Assembly (NCBI RefSeq): GCF_000015025.1
Contig: NC_008578.1
Coordinates: 2,310,001-2,342,000 of the forward strand
Length of the DNA: 32,000 bases
Source of the DNA: Acidothermus cellulolyticus 11B
GTDB taxonomy: Bacteria; Actinomycetota; Actinomycetes; Acidothermales; Acidothermaceae
Direction of reading: 5' to 3'
Shown here: positions 1 to 9,431 of the stretch, in pieces
Layout: each line of letters begins with the position of its first letter
Numbering within the stretch: the stretch's first letter is position 1
Position numbers and translations under genes: made by a program
Notes under the pieces: model-generated
Database searches by the model: none
What the model was told of the DNA's origin: nothing
The model's input: the letters and a program-made list of their open reading frames with translations, nothing else

Positions 1-214
1 GATCCTGTTCACGGGTGAAACCAACGTAACGCCCCGTCAGCTCGTCAATCAGATCAATCAGCCGCTTCGGCAGGGCCCTGACACCATCGTGTTCACCGAG
101 TTGTTCGGCGATGAGATACATCTCGCGCAGGAGTTCGGCGGAATGTTCTCCCGCCTGCGCATGCAAGAGCACCGGTATGCGCAGCAATTGGACGTCGTGC
201 AACGGTTCGGTCAC
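1..214 (-). CDS. hypothetical protein, N-terminal part only (gene runs off the left edge)
   Basis: Absent from the ORF track because it is open at the window edge. The minus-strand frame from GTG at 214-212 reads VTEPLHDVQLLRIPVLLHAQAGEHSAELLREMYLIAEQLGEHDGVRALPKRLIDLIDELTGRYVGFTREQD without a stop. The GTG overlaps the TGA of the upstream gene (GTGA). Confidence 0.4.
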   Translation of the reverse strand, partial: MTEPLHDVQLLRIPVLLHAQAGEHSAELLREMYLIAEQLGEHDGVRALPKRLIDLIDELTGRYVGFTREQD

Positions 215-759
215 GCCGCCCGTACCACGCGGTTTCGCTCGGTGCGCCGCGCGTCACTCATGACCTGCGCACCTCCGTTCCGATCACTGTAGCGAGCCGG
301 CGGCACGACATCGGGCGGTTCGACGCCCCACTCACCGAAACCGTGCCGCTCCGCGTTCCCCGGATCGCCGCCCGTGCCGTGACCGCCGCCGCTGGTACGC
401 GGAACCTCGCACCAGACGGTCTTGCTCGACGGTCCCACCTCTTCTCCCCACGCACGAGCGAGTTCAGCTATCACGCGCAACCCGCGACCTGTGGTGGCGA
501 CGTCGGAGAAATTTCGCCGAACCGCCCGGATCCACGGCGCCTCGTCGATCACCTCGACCCGTACGGACGTTTCTCCTATCCAAAGCCGCACGACGAAAGC
601 GGTGCCGGCATGCAAGATCGCATTGGTAGCCAGCTCACTTACGATCTGAGTGACAACCCACTCGTCAGCTGAAGCACCCGCCTCATTCAGCGCGGAGCGC
701 GCGAAGCGCCGAGCGGCCGCGACGCTGCGCGGATCCGGTTCGAACCGTGATTCGGGCAC
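211..759 (-). CDS. ATP-binding protein, RsbW/SpoIIAB-like anti-sigma-factor kinase fold (HATPase_c_2-like) with a Gly-rich C-terminal tail
   Basis: 182-aa ORF. The N-terminal pattern RRFARSALNEAGASADEWVVTQIVSELATNAILHAG...VRVEVIDE...GRGLRVIAELARAWG...KTVWCEV is typical of RsbW-like serine kinases. Confidence 0.7.
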   Translation of the reverse strand: MPESRFEPDPRSVAAARRFARSALNEAGASADEWVVTQIVSELATNAILHAGTAFVVRLWIGETSVRVEVIDEAPWIRAVRRNFSDVATTGRGLRVIAELARAWGEEVGPSSKTVWCEVPRTSGGGHGTGGDPGNAERHGFGEWGVEPPDVVPPARYSDRNGGAQVMSDARRTERNRVVRAA

Positions 760-839
760 GGACGGATTTTAGGCCGATTCACCAGCGACGAGAACACCAG
801 GGCCGGGAGCCTCCGGGTGCGTCGCGCCGCGATAGGAGA

Positions 840-2000
840 TCACACGCCCAGTCCGGTCGCGCCATCCGACGGTTGAGCACCGCTTTCTGCAGGGTGATAT
901 GGGCTGCCTTCTGCCGCGGGGTATACGACGAGGTCGGTCGCTTTGACGGCAAACCATGCGTCATCACCGACCCGTAACCGGAGCAGGGCGAGTGATTCGG
1001 CGGTAATATCTGCGATCATATTCGCCGGACGTGACACGCCAAGGCGGACGACGTGACCGTACTCCTCCACACTCGTCACGCGGGCTTTCCAACAGTTGCG
1101 CGGACTGCCGTCCGGCCGCTCGCGGTACACGGCGACAGCGCTTGGCCGCACGGCGACGAAGACATCACCGACAGGCGCGTCGACCACCTGCCATTCCATT
1201 CCGGTTCCGAGTCGAATCACCCGTCCGTCACACACCCCCCGGTGCAGATTGATCCCACAGAGCCGTGCCACGTACTCCGTGCGCGGATGGGATGCAACCG
1301 CCGCCGGGGCGCCGCGTTGCACCACCCTGCCGGATTCCATCACGACAAGGTGATCCGCCAGGACGAACGCATCCATCGGGTCGTGGGTCACCACAATGAC
1401 ACCGCCGGGAAATGTCGTGAGCATCTCCCGCAGCTCGGCCCGCACGCTCATTCGCGTCCCAATGTCGAGGGCGGCAAGCGGCTCGTCCAGCAGAAGGACG
1501 GTTGGATCGACGGCGAGCGCCCGGGCGAGTGCGACGCGCTGGGCTTGACCTCCCGAGATCTCGGTCGGACGCCGATGCGCGAGCGCCCCGACGCCGAAGC
1601 GATCCAGCAGCTGCTGTGCCCGGCGTCGCGCGGCGGCTTTTCTGACTCCGTGAGCCCGCAGACCAAAGGCAACGTTATCCAATACCGTCATCCGGGGAAA
1701 GAGAACGTAATCCTGCGGAACGTAGCCGACCTGTCGCTCCCGCGGGCTGAGCCTGATCCGGTCCGCATCGTCTACGATGCGGCCGCCGATCGCGATGAAT
1801 CCAGCGGTCAACCGCTCCAGACCGGCAATCGCTCGCAGCAATGTGCTCTTGCCGGCGCCGCTGGGACCGAGGACGGCGAGAATTTCACCCGGTGCAACGG
1901 ACAGGGCCGCATCCAGCCTGAAAGTGTCGCGTCGCACGACGGCGTGGACGTCCAGCCCCGGGTGTCGTGGCGTCGTGTCCGTTGGTTCCGGCATGCTCAC
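840..2000 (-). CDS. modC: molybdate ABC transporter ATP-binding protein with C-terminal TOBE-like domain
   Basis: Walker A GPSGAGKS, ABC signature ISGGQAQRVALARAL and Walker B LLLDEP. Sits directly downstream of modB in a modABC arrangement. GTG start at 2000. Confidence 0.85.
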   Translation of the reverse strand: MSMPEPTDTTPRHPGLDVHAVVRRDTFRLDAALSVAPGEILAVLGPSGAGKSTLLRAIAGLERLTAGFIAIGGRIVDDADRIRLSPRERQVGYVPQDYVLFPRMTVLDNVAFGLRAHGVRKAAARRRAQQLLDRFGVGALAHRRPTEISGGQAQRVALARALAVDPTVLLLDEPLAALDIGTRMSVRAELREMLTTFPGGVIVVTHDPMDAFVLADHLVVMESGRVVQRGAPAAVASHPRTEYVARLCGINLHRGVCDGRVIRLGTGMEWQVVDAPVGDVFVAVRPSAVAVYRERPDGSPRNCWKARVTSVEEYGHVVRLGVSRPANMIADITAESLALLRLRVGDDAWFAVKATDLVVYPAAEGSPYHPAESGAQPSDGATGLGV

Positions 2001-2013
2001 GGCACGTTTCGTC

Positions 2014-2817
2014 TCACAGAGCGGCGATCCATCGACGCCACAACGCCAGCAGTACGCCGGTGGACGCCAGCAACAACACCAGGCTCAATCCGATTGCCGA
2101 TTGCGGATCGTGCTGAAATTGCAAATAGATTTCCAGCGGCATGGTGCGCGTGGTCCCTGGGAAGCTGCCCGCAAACGTAATCGTTGCTCCAAACTCACCG
2201 ATCGCCCGCGCCCAGCAGAGCAATGAACCTGCGAAAACGGCGGGCAACACGATCGGCAGAACCACGCGCCGGAAGATGAACAGCGGCCCGGCGCCCAGCG
2301 TGGATGCAACATCGGCGTACTTCGTGTCCACCGCACGCAGAGCACCTTCAACCGACAGCACAAGGAACGGCATCGCGACAAAAGTCTCGGCGACGACGAC
2401 GCCGGCGGTGGTGAACGGCAGCGAGATCCCCGCGGCGTGCCAGAGCCAGCTCCCGACCAGACCGCGGCGCCCGTACGCCAACAGGAGAGTGAGCCCTCCT
2501 GCAACCGGCGGCAGCACGAGCGGCAAGGCGATGACCGCCCGCGCGGCGTTCCGAATGGACGTCGGGAGCCGGCACATCGTCCAGGCAAGCGGAAGCCCGA
2601 CCAGCAGCGAGAGGAAAGTCGCGATCGTCGCCGTCTCCAGGGACAAGCGCAACGCTGTCAATGCCTCCGGTTTGCCCAATTCGGCTACCAGATTGCGCCA
2701 CGGCGCCCGGACCGCAAGGCTGACGAGCGGAACGCACAAGAAGAGGAAGCCGGCGAGGGCGAAGACGGCGACGAGCCCTGTCTGGAGCGCGTACCTACGG
2801 GACGTCGAAGCCGGCAT
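2014..2817 (-). CDS. modB: molybdate ABC transporter permease
   Basis: Multi-TM ORF with the EAA-loop-like segment VEGALRAVDTKYADVASTLGAGPLFIFRRVVLP. Lies between modA and modC. The preferred start is the internal ATG at 2817; the track ORF extends to 2853. Confidence 0.8.
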   Translation of the reverse strand: MPASTSRRYALQTGLVAVFALAGFLFLCVPLVSLAVRAPWRNLVAELGKPEALTALRLSLETATIATFLSLLVGLPLAWTMCRLPTSIRNAARAVIALPLVLPPVAGGLTLLLAYGRRGLVGSWLWHAAGISLPFTTAGVVVAETFVAMPFLVLSVEGALRAVDTKYADVASTLGAGPLFIFRRVVLPIVLPAVFAGSLLCWARAIGEFGATITFAGSFPGTTRTMPLEIYLQFQHDPQSAIGLSLVLLLASTGVLLALWRRWIAAL

Positions 2818-3718
2818 CGGCAAACACCTGCTCGTTGTTACGGACGAAAGCAACGAACGCGGCCGCCAACGCGGAATTCCTGCTGCCGGTGACGACCGCG
2901 AGGACGTACGTGTTCACCGCAGAGCCAGCCTGCGCGATCGGCACACCGTCGACCTTCCCACCGGCCCGGCGCACGTCCGTCCGGTATACCAGGCCGGCGT
3001 CGACCTCGCCGAGCTCCACTTTGGCAAGCACGGAACTGACGTCGTCTTCGAGGGTCACCGGATGGACCGTGACGCCGGCTGTTTGCAGCAGCTTCGCGGC
3101 GGCCGAGCCGCACGGCACCGTAGGCGCGCACAGCGCCAGCCGTATCGCCGAACTTGCGAGGTCTGCCAACGAGCGGATATGACGGGGATTCCCCGGGGCG
3201 ACTGCGATTTCCAGTTCATTACGTGCGAAAGTCACCGGGTTGCTTGCCTTGTTGTGCGCGACGACCTGCTGCATGATCTGCTCATTGGCGGATGCGAAGA
3301 CGTCGGCGGGCGCACCTTGTAAAATCTGCTCGGCCAGCGTGTCTGACCCGCCGAAATTCGTCACCACCCGAACCCCCGGGTGGGCTGCTTCGAAACCTCC
3401 GGCGAGCTGGGTGAAGACATCCTGCAGTGACGCCGCAGCGAAGACCACGATCCGGCCGCCGCCGGAGGCCGTTGATGACGCTTTCGATCCGTGCCCACTC
3501 GCGCACGCCGCCGCGAACACGGCAACAACGGGAATAAGGAGCACGGCTCGGCAGCGCCGCAAGCCGGATCGGACGCCGCCCGGATATTCGCCGCCCGGAT
3601 AGTCGCGCCGCGATCCGGGCCCGTCACCGTGTCCCGCACAGGTCAACCGCCGGGGGCGCTGTTTCGCAACCAGCCGCTCAATGCCCGACGTACGTGTCAG
3701 AGCCGGCAAAACCCACAT
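2795..3718 (-). CDS. modA: molybdate ABC transporter substrate-binding lipoprotein
   Basis: Lipoprotein-type signal RRCRAVLLIPVVAVFAAAC, then a periplasmic-binding-protein body (IVVFAAASL...NFGGSDTLAEQI). The start is uncertain: ATG 3718, ATG 3781, or TTG 3562, which gives a clean signal peptide and about 255 aa. Confidence 0.8.
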   Translation of the reverse strand: MWVLPALTRTSGIERLVAKQRPRRLTCAGHGDGPGSRRDYPGGEYPGGVRSGLRRCRAVLLIPVVAVFAAACASGHGSKASSTASGGGRIVVFAAASLQDVFTQLAGGFEAAHPGVRVVTNFGGSDTLAEQILQGAPADVFASANEQIMQQVVAHNKASNPVTFARNELEIAVAPGNPRHIRSLADLASSAIRLALCAPTVPCGSAAAKLLQTAGVTVHPVTLEDDVSSVLAKVELGEVDAGLVYRTDVRRAGGKVDGVPIAQAGSAVNTYVLAVVTGSRNSALAAAFVAFVRNNEQVFADAGFDVP

Positions 3719-3725
3719 CCTCTCG

Positions 3726-4124
3726 TCATGACGCCGGAACTTCGACAACGACGTTGGTCGCTTTGATGGCGGCAACGGCAAGGGTTCCCGGCTGGAGCTC
3801 CAGGTCGTCCGCCGCCTCGCGGCTCATCAGCGAAACAACGCGGTACGGTCCGCACTGCATCTCGACCTGAGCCATCACCGTGTCCCGAACCACCCGGGTG
3901 ACGATTCCCGCCAATCGGTTCCGCGCGCTTTCGCGGGCCGTCGGACCGGTGGTGATCGCCTCATGCCGCGACTGAGCCAACTGAGCCAGCTCGGCACCGT
4001 CAACCACCTGACGGCCGGAGGTATCCCGGGCGACGCTCAATGCGCCCGCCGCGATCCACCGTCGGACCGTGTCGTCGCTGACTCCGAGCAGGCGGGCCGC
4101 TTCACCAACCCGTAACGCCGTCAC
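3726..4124 (-). CDS. molybdenum-responsive regulator candidate: excisionase/MerR-type HTH plus TOBE (Mop) domain
   Basis: Only the last 132 codons of the 341-aa track ORF look real. GTG start at 4124. [29 protein letters not shown], then the TOBE-like [60 protein letters not shown]. Heads the mod operon. Confidence 0.8.
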   Translation of the reverse strand: MTALRVGEAARLLGVSDDTVRRWIAAGALSVARDTSGRQVVDGAELAQLAQSRHEAITTGPTARESARNRLAGIVTRVVRDTVMAQVEMQCGPYRVVSLMSREAADDLELQPGTLAVAAIKATNVVVEVPAS

Positions 4125-4166
4125 GGGCCAACGATACCGCGATTGCGGATCTGGATGCCGCTCTGT

Positions 4167-4182
4167 CTCCGCATATGCGGAG
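4167..4182. promoter_or_regulatory. perfect 16-bp palindrome CTCCGCATATGCGGAG in the divergent promoter region (candidate operator of the Mop/TOBE regulator)
   Basis: Read directly from the sequence. It is its own reverse complement. It lies 43 nt upstream of the regulator GTG (4124) and about 135 nt upstream of the BNR gene start. Confidence 0.4.
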
Positions 4183-4316
4183 TTGCGACGCGAGAAGAGT
4201 TCGCCCCCCGTCGGCGAGCACGTGCGGAGAACGGCGGACGCGAACCCCGCACCGTCACCCCGTGCGGTACCGTGCCGAGACACGGCAGGTGCGGTCGCGC
4301 CGGGGAGGTGGCCGAG

Positions 4317-5429
4317 GTGGCGGTACGAGTTCTCATCGGCACCCGCAAGGGTGCCTTCATCGCGACGTCCGACGACACCCGACGGAGCTGGTCGGTGACC
4401 GGGCCGCTGTTTGCCGGATGGGAGGTCTACCACGTTCAAGCGTCGCCCGTTGATCCGGACCGCCTCTACGCCGCGCCGTCCCGGGGCTGGTTCGGTCAGA
4501 CCATCCAGCGCTCGGACGACGGCGGTCGCTCCTGGCAATTGGTCGGAAATGATTTTCGTTACGACGGCGAGATCGGGGATCATTTCTGGTACGACGGAAC
4601 GCTCCGGCCCTGGCATTTCACCCGGGTATGGCACCTCGCGCCGTCGCCGGTCGACGCGAACACGGTGTATGCCGGAACCGAGGACGCCGCGCTGTTTGTG
4701 TCGAGCGACGGCGGCCAGACCTGGCCGGAATTGACCGGGCTTCGTTGCCACGACACGGCACCGAATTGGGCCCCGGGCGCCGGCGGATTATGCCTCCATA
4801 CCATCCTCTTTGATCCGCGCGATGCCACTCGCATGCATGTGGCTATTTCCGCTGCGGGTGTTTTGCGCTCCGACGATGCCGGCCTCACCTGGCGGACCGC
4901 CAATCGCGGACTCCGCTCGGATTTCCTGCCGCAACCCGAAGCCGACGTCGGTCACTGCGTGCACAAAATCGCCCGTCATCCGGCGCGGCCGGACGTCCTC
5001 TTCATGCAGAAACACTGGGACGTGATGCGCAGCGACGACGGCGGTAACAGCTGGTACGAAATCAGCGGCGACCTCCCCAGCGACTTCGGTTTTCCGATCG
5101 CCGTTCATCCCCATGACCCTGACACCGTGTACGTGGTTCCCATCACGAGCGACACCGAACACTTCCCGCCGGAGGGACGGCTGCGGATATACCGTAGTCG
5201 CACCGGCGGGCGGTACTGGGAACCGTTGAGCAAGGGACTTCCGCAAGAACACTGCTACGTCAACGTGTTACGCGACGCCTTCGCAACAGACGAGCTTGAG
5301 CCGTGTGGACTGTACGTCGGAACCACCGGCGGCCAGATTTACGCCTCCGCCGACGAAGGTGCCACGTGGACGACGATCGGCCGTGACCTACCCGCCGTGC
5401 TCTCCGTCGAGGTGCAGACTCTGCGATGA
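4317..5429 (+). CDS. BNR/Asp-box repeat beta-propeller protein (sialidase-like / Ycf48-like fold)
   Basis: Five Asp-box motifs (SxDxGxxW): [40 protein letters not shown]. Likely GTG start at 4317, with GGAGG 8 nt upstream; 4308 is an alternative. The 5' part of the track ORF (from 4143) overlaps the divergent promoter. Confidence 0.8.
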   Translation: MAVRVLIGTRKGAFIATSDDTRRSWSVTGPLFAGWEVYHVQASPVDPDRLYAAPSRGWFGQTIQRSDDGGRSWQLVGNDFRYDGEIGDHFWYDGTLRPWHFTRVWHLAPSPVDANTVYAGTEDAALFVSSDGGQTWPELTGLRCHDTAPNWAPGAGGLCLHTILFDPRDATRMHVAISAAGVLRSDDAGLTWRTANRGLRSDFLPQPEADVGHCVHKIARHPARPDVLFMQKHWDVMRSDDGGNSWYEISGDLPSDFGFPIAVHPHDPDTVYVVPITSDTEHFPPEGRLRIYRSRTGGRYWEPLSKGLPQEHCYVNVLRDAFATDELEPCGLYVGTTGGQIYASADEGATWTTIGRDLPAVLSVEVQTLR

Positions 5430-5752
5430 CGGAAGCCACGGTACGGGTCGTTTTGCCTACGGCGTTGCGGGATCTCATTCGCTCCAGCGGCGCAGCGGAT
5501 CCCGGTGCTGATGTCAGCGTAACCGTCGCAGGTCCAGCCACCTGGGGTCGTGTGCTGGCTGCACTCGAGACCCGCTACCCAATGCTGCGCGGCACGCTGC
5601 GCGACCAGGCGACCGGTGCGCGCCGGCCGCTCATTCGGTTCTTCGCATGCGGCACGGACGTGTCGCACACCGACGCCGACCAGCCGCTGCCGGATCCCGT
5701 ACAGCTTGGACACGAACCGTTGCTCATCGTCACGGCGGTCGCCGGCGGCTGA
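5426..5752 (+). CDS. MoaD/ThiS-family ubiquitin-like beta-grasp protein ending in Gly-Gly
   Basis: 108 aa, C-terminus ...[10 protein letters not shown] followed by stop. Its ATG overlaps the TGA of the BNR gene (ATGA at 5426-5429). Confidence 0.75.
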   Translation: MTEATVRVVLPTALRDLIRSSGAADPGADVSVTVAGPATWGRVLAALETRYPMLRGTLRDQATGARRPLIRFFACGTDVSHTDADQPLPDPVQLGHEPLLIVTAVAGG

Positions 5753-6212
5753 GCACGTCGAGCAGCCGGTCGAGGAAAGCAAACTGCTCGGGCACAATCT
5801 TGTCGCGCGCGGTTTCCGGTGAGAACCAGGTGGCCCGGTCGATTTCCGGAAACTCCCGCAGCTGTCCGGATCCTGGCGGCCACTCCAGGCGAAACGTGTT
5901 GCTGTGCACGGTGGTGACATCGAGATCACACTCGACCGCCCACGCGCGCACCACCTTTCCGCCGCGTTGCCGAATTTCGCCGAGATCGACCGCCCGGTCG
6001 ACGGACACCGATTGGCCCACCTCTTCAAGAAATTCCCGTGCCGCCGCGAGCTTCGGATCCTCACCGTCGGCGTACTCGCCCTTCGGAATCGACCAGACAT
6101 GGTGGTCACGGCGGCTCCAGAACGGTCCGCCGGGGTGCACGAGAAGCACCTCGACGCCGCCGCCGGGTGTCCGGCGGTACGCGACAATGCCGGCGCTCCG
6201 CTTCGCGGTCAT
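5730..6212 (-). CDS. NUDIX hydrolase
   Basis: Nudix-box-like segment [22 protein letters not shown] in a 160-aa ORF. Its ATG overlaps the stop of the upstream esterase gene (ATGA at 6209-6212). Confidence 0.8.
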   Translation of the reverse strand: MTAKRSAGIVAYRRTPGGGVEVLLVHPGGPFWSRRDHHVWSIPKGEYADGEDPKLAAAREFLEEVGQSVSVDRAVDLGEIRQRGGKVVRAWAVECDLDVTTVHSNTFRLEWPPGSGQLREFPEIDRATWFSPETARDKIVPEQFAFLDRLLDVLSRRRPP

Positions 6213-7177
6213 TTCTCCAGAACGGCCGCAAGCCAGCGCAGCTGCCGTCCCGCCTGAAACGGTCCGCCGCCCTCGTGGTCGTTGAAGGGATACACCACGA
6301 TCTCCTTCGGTCCTCGGTAGGCGTGAAAAGCCGCAAAGACCGTGGATGGCGGGCAGATCTGGTCCATGACGGCGACCGAGAAGAGGGCGGGAGCGGTCGC
6401 CCGGGTGGCGAGGACCGCGCCGTCGAAATAGGCCAGGGTCGCGAAAACCTGCTCCACCTGGTCGCGATGAGCCTTGAGATACCGGACGATCTCACCGTAT
6501 GGATCCGCGGGGGAAATCTCGCACGCCCGGCGAAAGTGACATAAAAATGGGACGTCAGGCATGACAGCGGCGACATCCGGCACCAGAGCGGCGGCCGCCA
6601 GACTGAGCCCGCCGCCTTGACTCACGCCCGTCACGGCGACTCGTGCCGCATCGACGAGCGGATGAGCGCGCAGCGTACGCACGGCCTGCACGGCGTCGAC
6701 GTAGACCCGGCGATAGTAGTACGTGGAAGGGTCCAGAATTCCACGGGTCATGAAGCCGGGTTGCGCGGGCGGCGCCTCAGCGGCGTCGATCGTATCGCCC
6801 GTCGTCCAACCGCTTCCTTGCCCACGGGTGTCCATCACCAGGTGGGCGTAACCGGCCAACGCCCAGAAGACGTGTTCGTGAGCCAATCCCCGGCCGCCGT
6901 TGTAGCCCTGAAATTGGACGACGCCGGAAAGCGGTTCGTGGCGCAACGCAGCGGGAGGCAGGTGGAGCCAGGCGCGAATCGGCTGGCCGCCATAGCCGCA
7001 AAACGTGACGTCGTACGACTCCACACAGCGCAGGCCGGTGTCGACCGGCGTGAATGTCGGCTCGGGATCCGGTGCCTCAGCCAGCGTCGCTGACCAGAAC
7101 TGGTCAAGGTCCGCCGGCTGCGGCAGGGCCGGTGCGTAGGTGGTGAGCTGGTCCAGTGGCAGATCAATATTCGGCAC
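6209..7177 (-). CDS. acetylxylan esterase / cephalosporin-C deacetylase family (CE7)
   Basis: N-terminus PNIDLPLDQLTTYAP, nucleophile motif GVSQGG and C-terminal NDHEGG are typical of CE7. GTG start at 7177 with AGGAGG 7 nt upstream. Confidence 0.8.
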   Translation of the reverse strand: MPNIDLPLDQLTTYAPALPQPADLDQFWSATLAEAPDPEPTFTPVDTGLRCVESYDVTFCGYGGQPIRAWLHLPPAALRHEPLSGVVQFQGYNGGRGLAHEHVFWALAGYAHLVMDTRGQGSGWTTGDTIDAAEAPPAQPGFMTRGILDPSTYYYRRVYVDAVQAVRTLRAHPLVDAARVAVTGVSQGGGLSLAAAALVPDVAAVMPDVPFLCHFRRACEISPADPYGEIVRYLKAHRDQVEQVFATLAYFDGAVLATRATAPALFSVAVMDQICPPSTVFAAFHAYRGPKEIVVYPFNDHEGGGPFQAGRQLRWLAAVLEK

Positions 7178-7412
7178 GACACGCCCTCCTCGCGCTTGCA
7201 GCTGGGTCGGACGCCGCCACCGGCGCCCGGTCAACGCACACGCTACTCACCAGGGATGGTCTGACGCCGTCCCGGCGTCCTGCGGAGCCGCCGATCTGCC
7301 ATGCCGCAACCGCCTTCCGGCTCAATACCAGAGCGCCACTACCAGGGCGCCGGCGCCAATCCGTCGCGACCGGGATTTCCGGTGCCTGCAAACGCGTTCC
7401 GCCAGCCTGAGG

Positions 7413-8561
7413 CTACTGACCAGGACCGCCCGACGCCGGTGGCGGCGCCGTGGATTCGCGAACAATGAGCTCGGTGGACAATTCCATCCGTTGGGTGCGC
7501 AGCCGGACGCCGTTGATGAGGTTGAGTAGCATCTCGGCAGCGGTCCGGCCCATCGCCGTGAGGGGTTGGCGGACCGTCGTCAACGGGGGTGAGAGCCAGC
7601 GTGCAACGGGCAAATCGTCAAAGCCGATGACGCTGAGATCCTGCGGTATGCGCAGGCCGCGTTGCCGTGCAGCCTCGTACACCCCAAGTGCTTGTTGGCC
7701 ACTGCCGGCGAATATCGCCGTCGGTGGATCGGGAAGTGAGAGGAGCTCTTGGCCGCAACGAAATCCGCCTTCGTGCTGGAAATCGCCGTACCGGATGTAC
7801 TCCGGGCCGACCGCGACACCTGCGCGATCAAGGGCGAACCGGTACCCATCGACACGTGCGCGGCTGCACAGCCAATCCTCCGGCCCTGAGATGATCCCGA
7901 TCCGCCGGTGACCAAGCTCGAGGAGATGCTCCGTCGCCGCCATCCCTCCGGCCCAGTTCGTCGCCCCGACGCTCGGCACTTCCGGCGCGGGCAGGTTCGC
8001 CGGATCGATGACGACAAGGGGAATCGACTGCTTGTGCAGCTGGGTCCACTGCTCCGTCGTCAATTCCGACGTCACCAGGATCACGCCGTCGGTGTCGTGA
8101 CTGGCCAGCGAACTCGTCCAACTCGTCGGCCGGGCGCTGCCGTGCCGAACCGCTGACACGACGACCCCGCGGCGCTGATCGGCAAAGAAATCCTCCACGC
8201 CCCGAAGAATTTGAATGGCCCACGGACTGCCGAGCTGGTTGAAGATGAGATCGATCAGACCGGCGCGGCGCGCGGACCGGCGTCCCGGCCGCACGTAGTT
8301 GTACTGAAGCAGCAACTCCTCGACGCGGGCACGGGTCTGCGGGGCTACGTCGGCCCGGCCGTTGACGACTTTCGACACCGTCGGGAGCGAGACACCCGCT
8401 TCAGCAGCAATAGATGCCAGGGTGATCCGCGTTCGCCGCCCGGCCACCGCCCGGTTTGCGCCGTTGCGCTCCCCGATCTCTGCCGACACCGCGGTCCGCC
8501 TTCCGCCGTCGTGCGAAACTCTCGGTGAGCTATCGTAACCGGCTTGGTCGGGGAACGACAT
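7413..8561 (-). CDS. LacI-family transcriptional regulator
   Basis: HTH TLASIAAEAGVSLPTVSKVVNGRADVAPQTRARVEELL followed by a periplasmic-binding-like sugar-sensor domain. Last gene of the ABC operon. The start may be downstream of 8561. Confidence 0.85.
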   Translation of the reverse strand: MSFPDQAGYDSSPRVSHDGGRRTAVSAEIGERNGANRAVAGRRTRITLASIAAEAGVSLPTVSKVVNGRADVAPQTRARVEELLLQYNYVRPGRRSARRAGLIDLIFNQLGSPWAIQILRGVEDFFADQRRGVVVSAVRHGSARPTSWTSSLASHDTDGVILVTSELTTEQWTQLHKQSIPLVVIDPANLPAPEVPSVGATNWAGGMAATEHLLELGHRRIGIISGPEDWLCSRARVDGYRFALDRAGVAVGPEYIRYGDFQHEGGFRCGQELLSLPDPPTAIFAGSGQQALGVYEAARQRGLRIPQDLSVIGFDDLPVARWLSPPLTTVRQPLTAMGRTAAEMLLNLINGVRLRTQRMELSTELIVRESTAPPPASGGPGQ

Positions 8562-8567
8562 AGCCGA

Positions 8568-9431
8568 TCAGCCCTTGACCGCGCCGGTGAGCGCACCAAC
8601 GATGCGCCGCTCCGCTGCCACGAAGAACAGCAACGTCGGCAGGATCGACAGCGCAGTGAAAGCCAGCACACGCGCCGTGTCCTGGGAGTACTGCGTCTGG
8701 AAAGCCGCAACGCCCAAGGGAAGGGTGAAATGTTGCTGGTCATTGAAGACGAGCAGGGGGAGCAGGTAGAAGTTCCAGCTCGTGACGAACGAGAGAATCG
8801 CCACCGTCGCCAGTGCCGGCCGGGAGAGCGGAAGGAGAATGCGCACAAAGAATCCGAGGCGGCTGGATCCGTCGACGACGGCGGCATCCTCCAGCTCAGC
8901 CGGAATGGCCCGCATGAACGGCCGGAGGATGACAATGGTGATCGACAGCGAGAACGCTGCCTCCGGGATGGCGACTCCGAAGTAATTCTCCAGGAGCCCG
9001 AGATCCCGCAACCAGAGGTAGAGCGGGAGTGCGGCGACCGTCAGCGGGAAGAGCAACCCGATGGTGAAGAACGCGTAGATAGCCTCCCGCCCGCGGAATG
9101 CGTACCGCGACAGCGCAAATGACGCCATCGCACCGATCACGACCGTGAGGACCGTCGCGACAACAGCGATGATGGCGCTGTTTCCCATGAAGCGCCAGAA
9201 TGTGGACGACGTGACAATGTCGCGGTAATTCGACAAGACCCACGGGTGCGGCCAACCCGCCGGCGATGCGTTGATCGCGGCCGTCGTACGGAATCCACCG
9301 ATGAAGACGAAGAAGAGCGGGATCAGGGTGACGACGAACACGACGACGGCCGCGGCATACGCGGAAATCGTCCCCCACGGTATTCGGGGCTCCCACGCTT
9401 GACGCGGTTGACGATACGCGACCGCCGACAT
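8568..9431 (-). CDS. carbohydrate ABC transporter permease (MalG-like)
   Basis: Six-TM-type ORF with the EAA loop AIPAELEDAAVVDGSSRLGFFVRILLPL. ATG 9431 abuts the TAG of the upstream permease. Confidence 0.9.
   Translation of the reverse strand: MSAVAYRQPRQAWEPRIPWGTISAYAAAVVVFVVTLIPLFFVFIGGFRTTAAINASPAGWPHPWVLSNYRDIVTSSTFWRFMGNSAIIAVVATVLTVVIGAMASFALSRYAFRGREAIYAFFTIGLLFPLTVAALPLYLWLRDLGLLENYFGVAIPEAAFSLSITIVILRPFMRAIPAELEDAAVVDGSSRLGFFVRILLPLSRPALATVAILSFVTSWNFYLLPLLVFNDQQHFTLPLGVAAFQTQYSQDTARVLAFTALSILPTLLFFVAAERRIVGALTGAVKG

Noticed and set aside
3726-4751. A 341-aa minus-strand ORF that appears to span the mod regulator and much of the BNR gene region
   Set aside because: Only the C-terminal 132 codons (HTH plus TOBE) look like protein. 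The N-terminal 209 codons are Arg/Gly/Pro-rich antisense read-through of the plus-strand BNR gene and the promoter region. A GTG at 4124 gives a regulator of sensible size.
7178-7412. LacI-type operator near GCAAACGCGTTCCGC, and the hairpin GACGCCG-tcc-CGGCGTC, upstream of the esterase gene
   Set aside because: Only the 8-bp core AACGCGTT is palindromic, and the hairpin is short. Neither matches the GAAAGTTTCGGA motif found at the ABC/GH3 promoters, so neither is reported as a feature.
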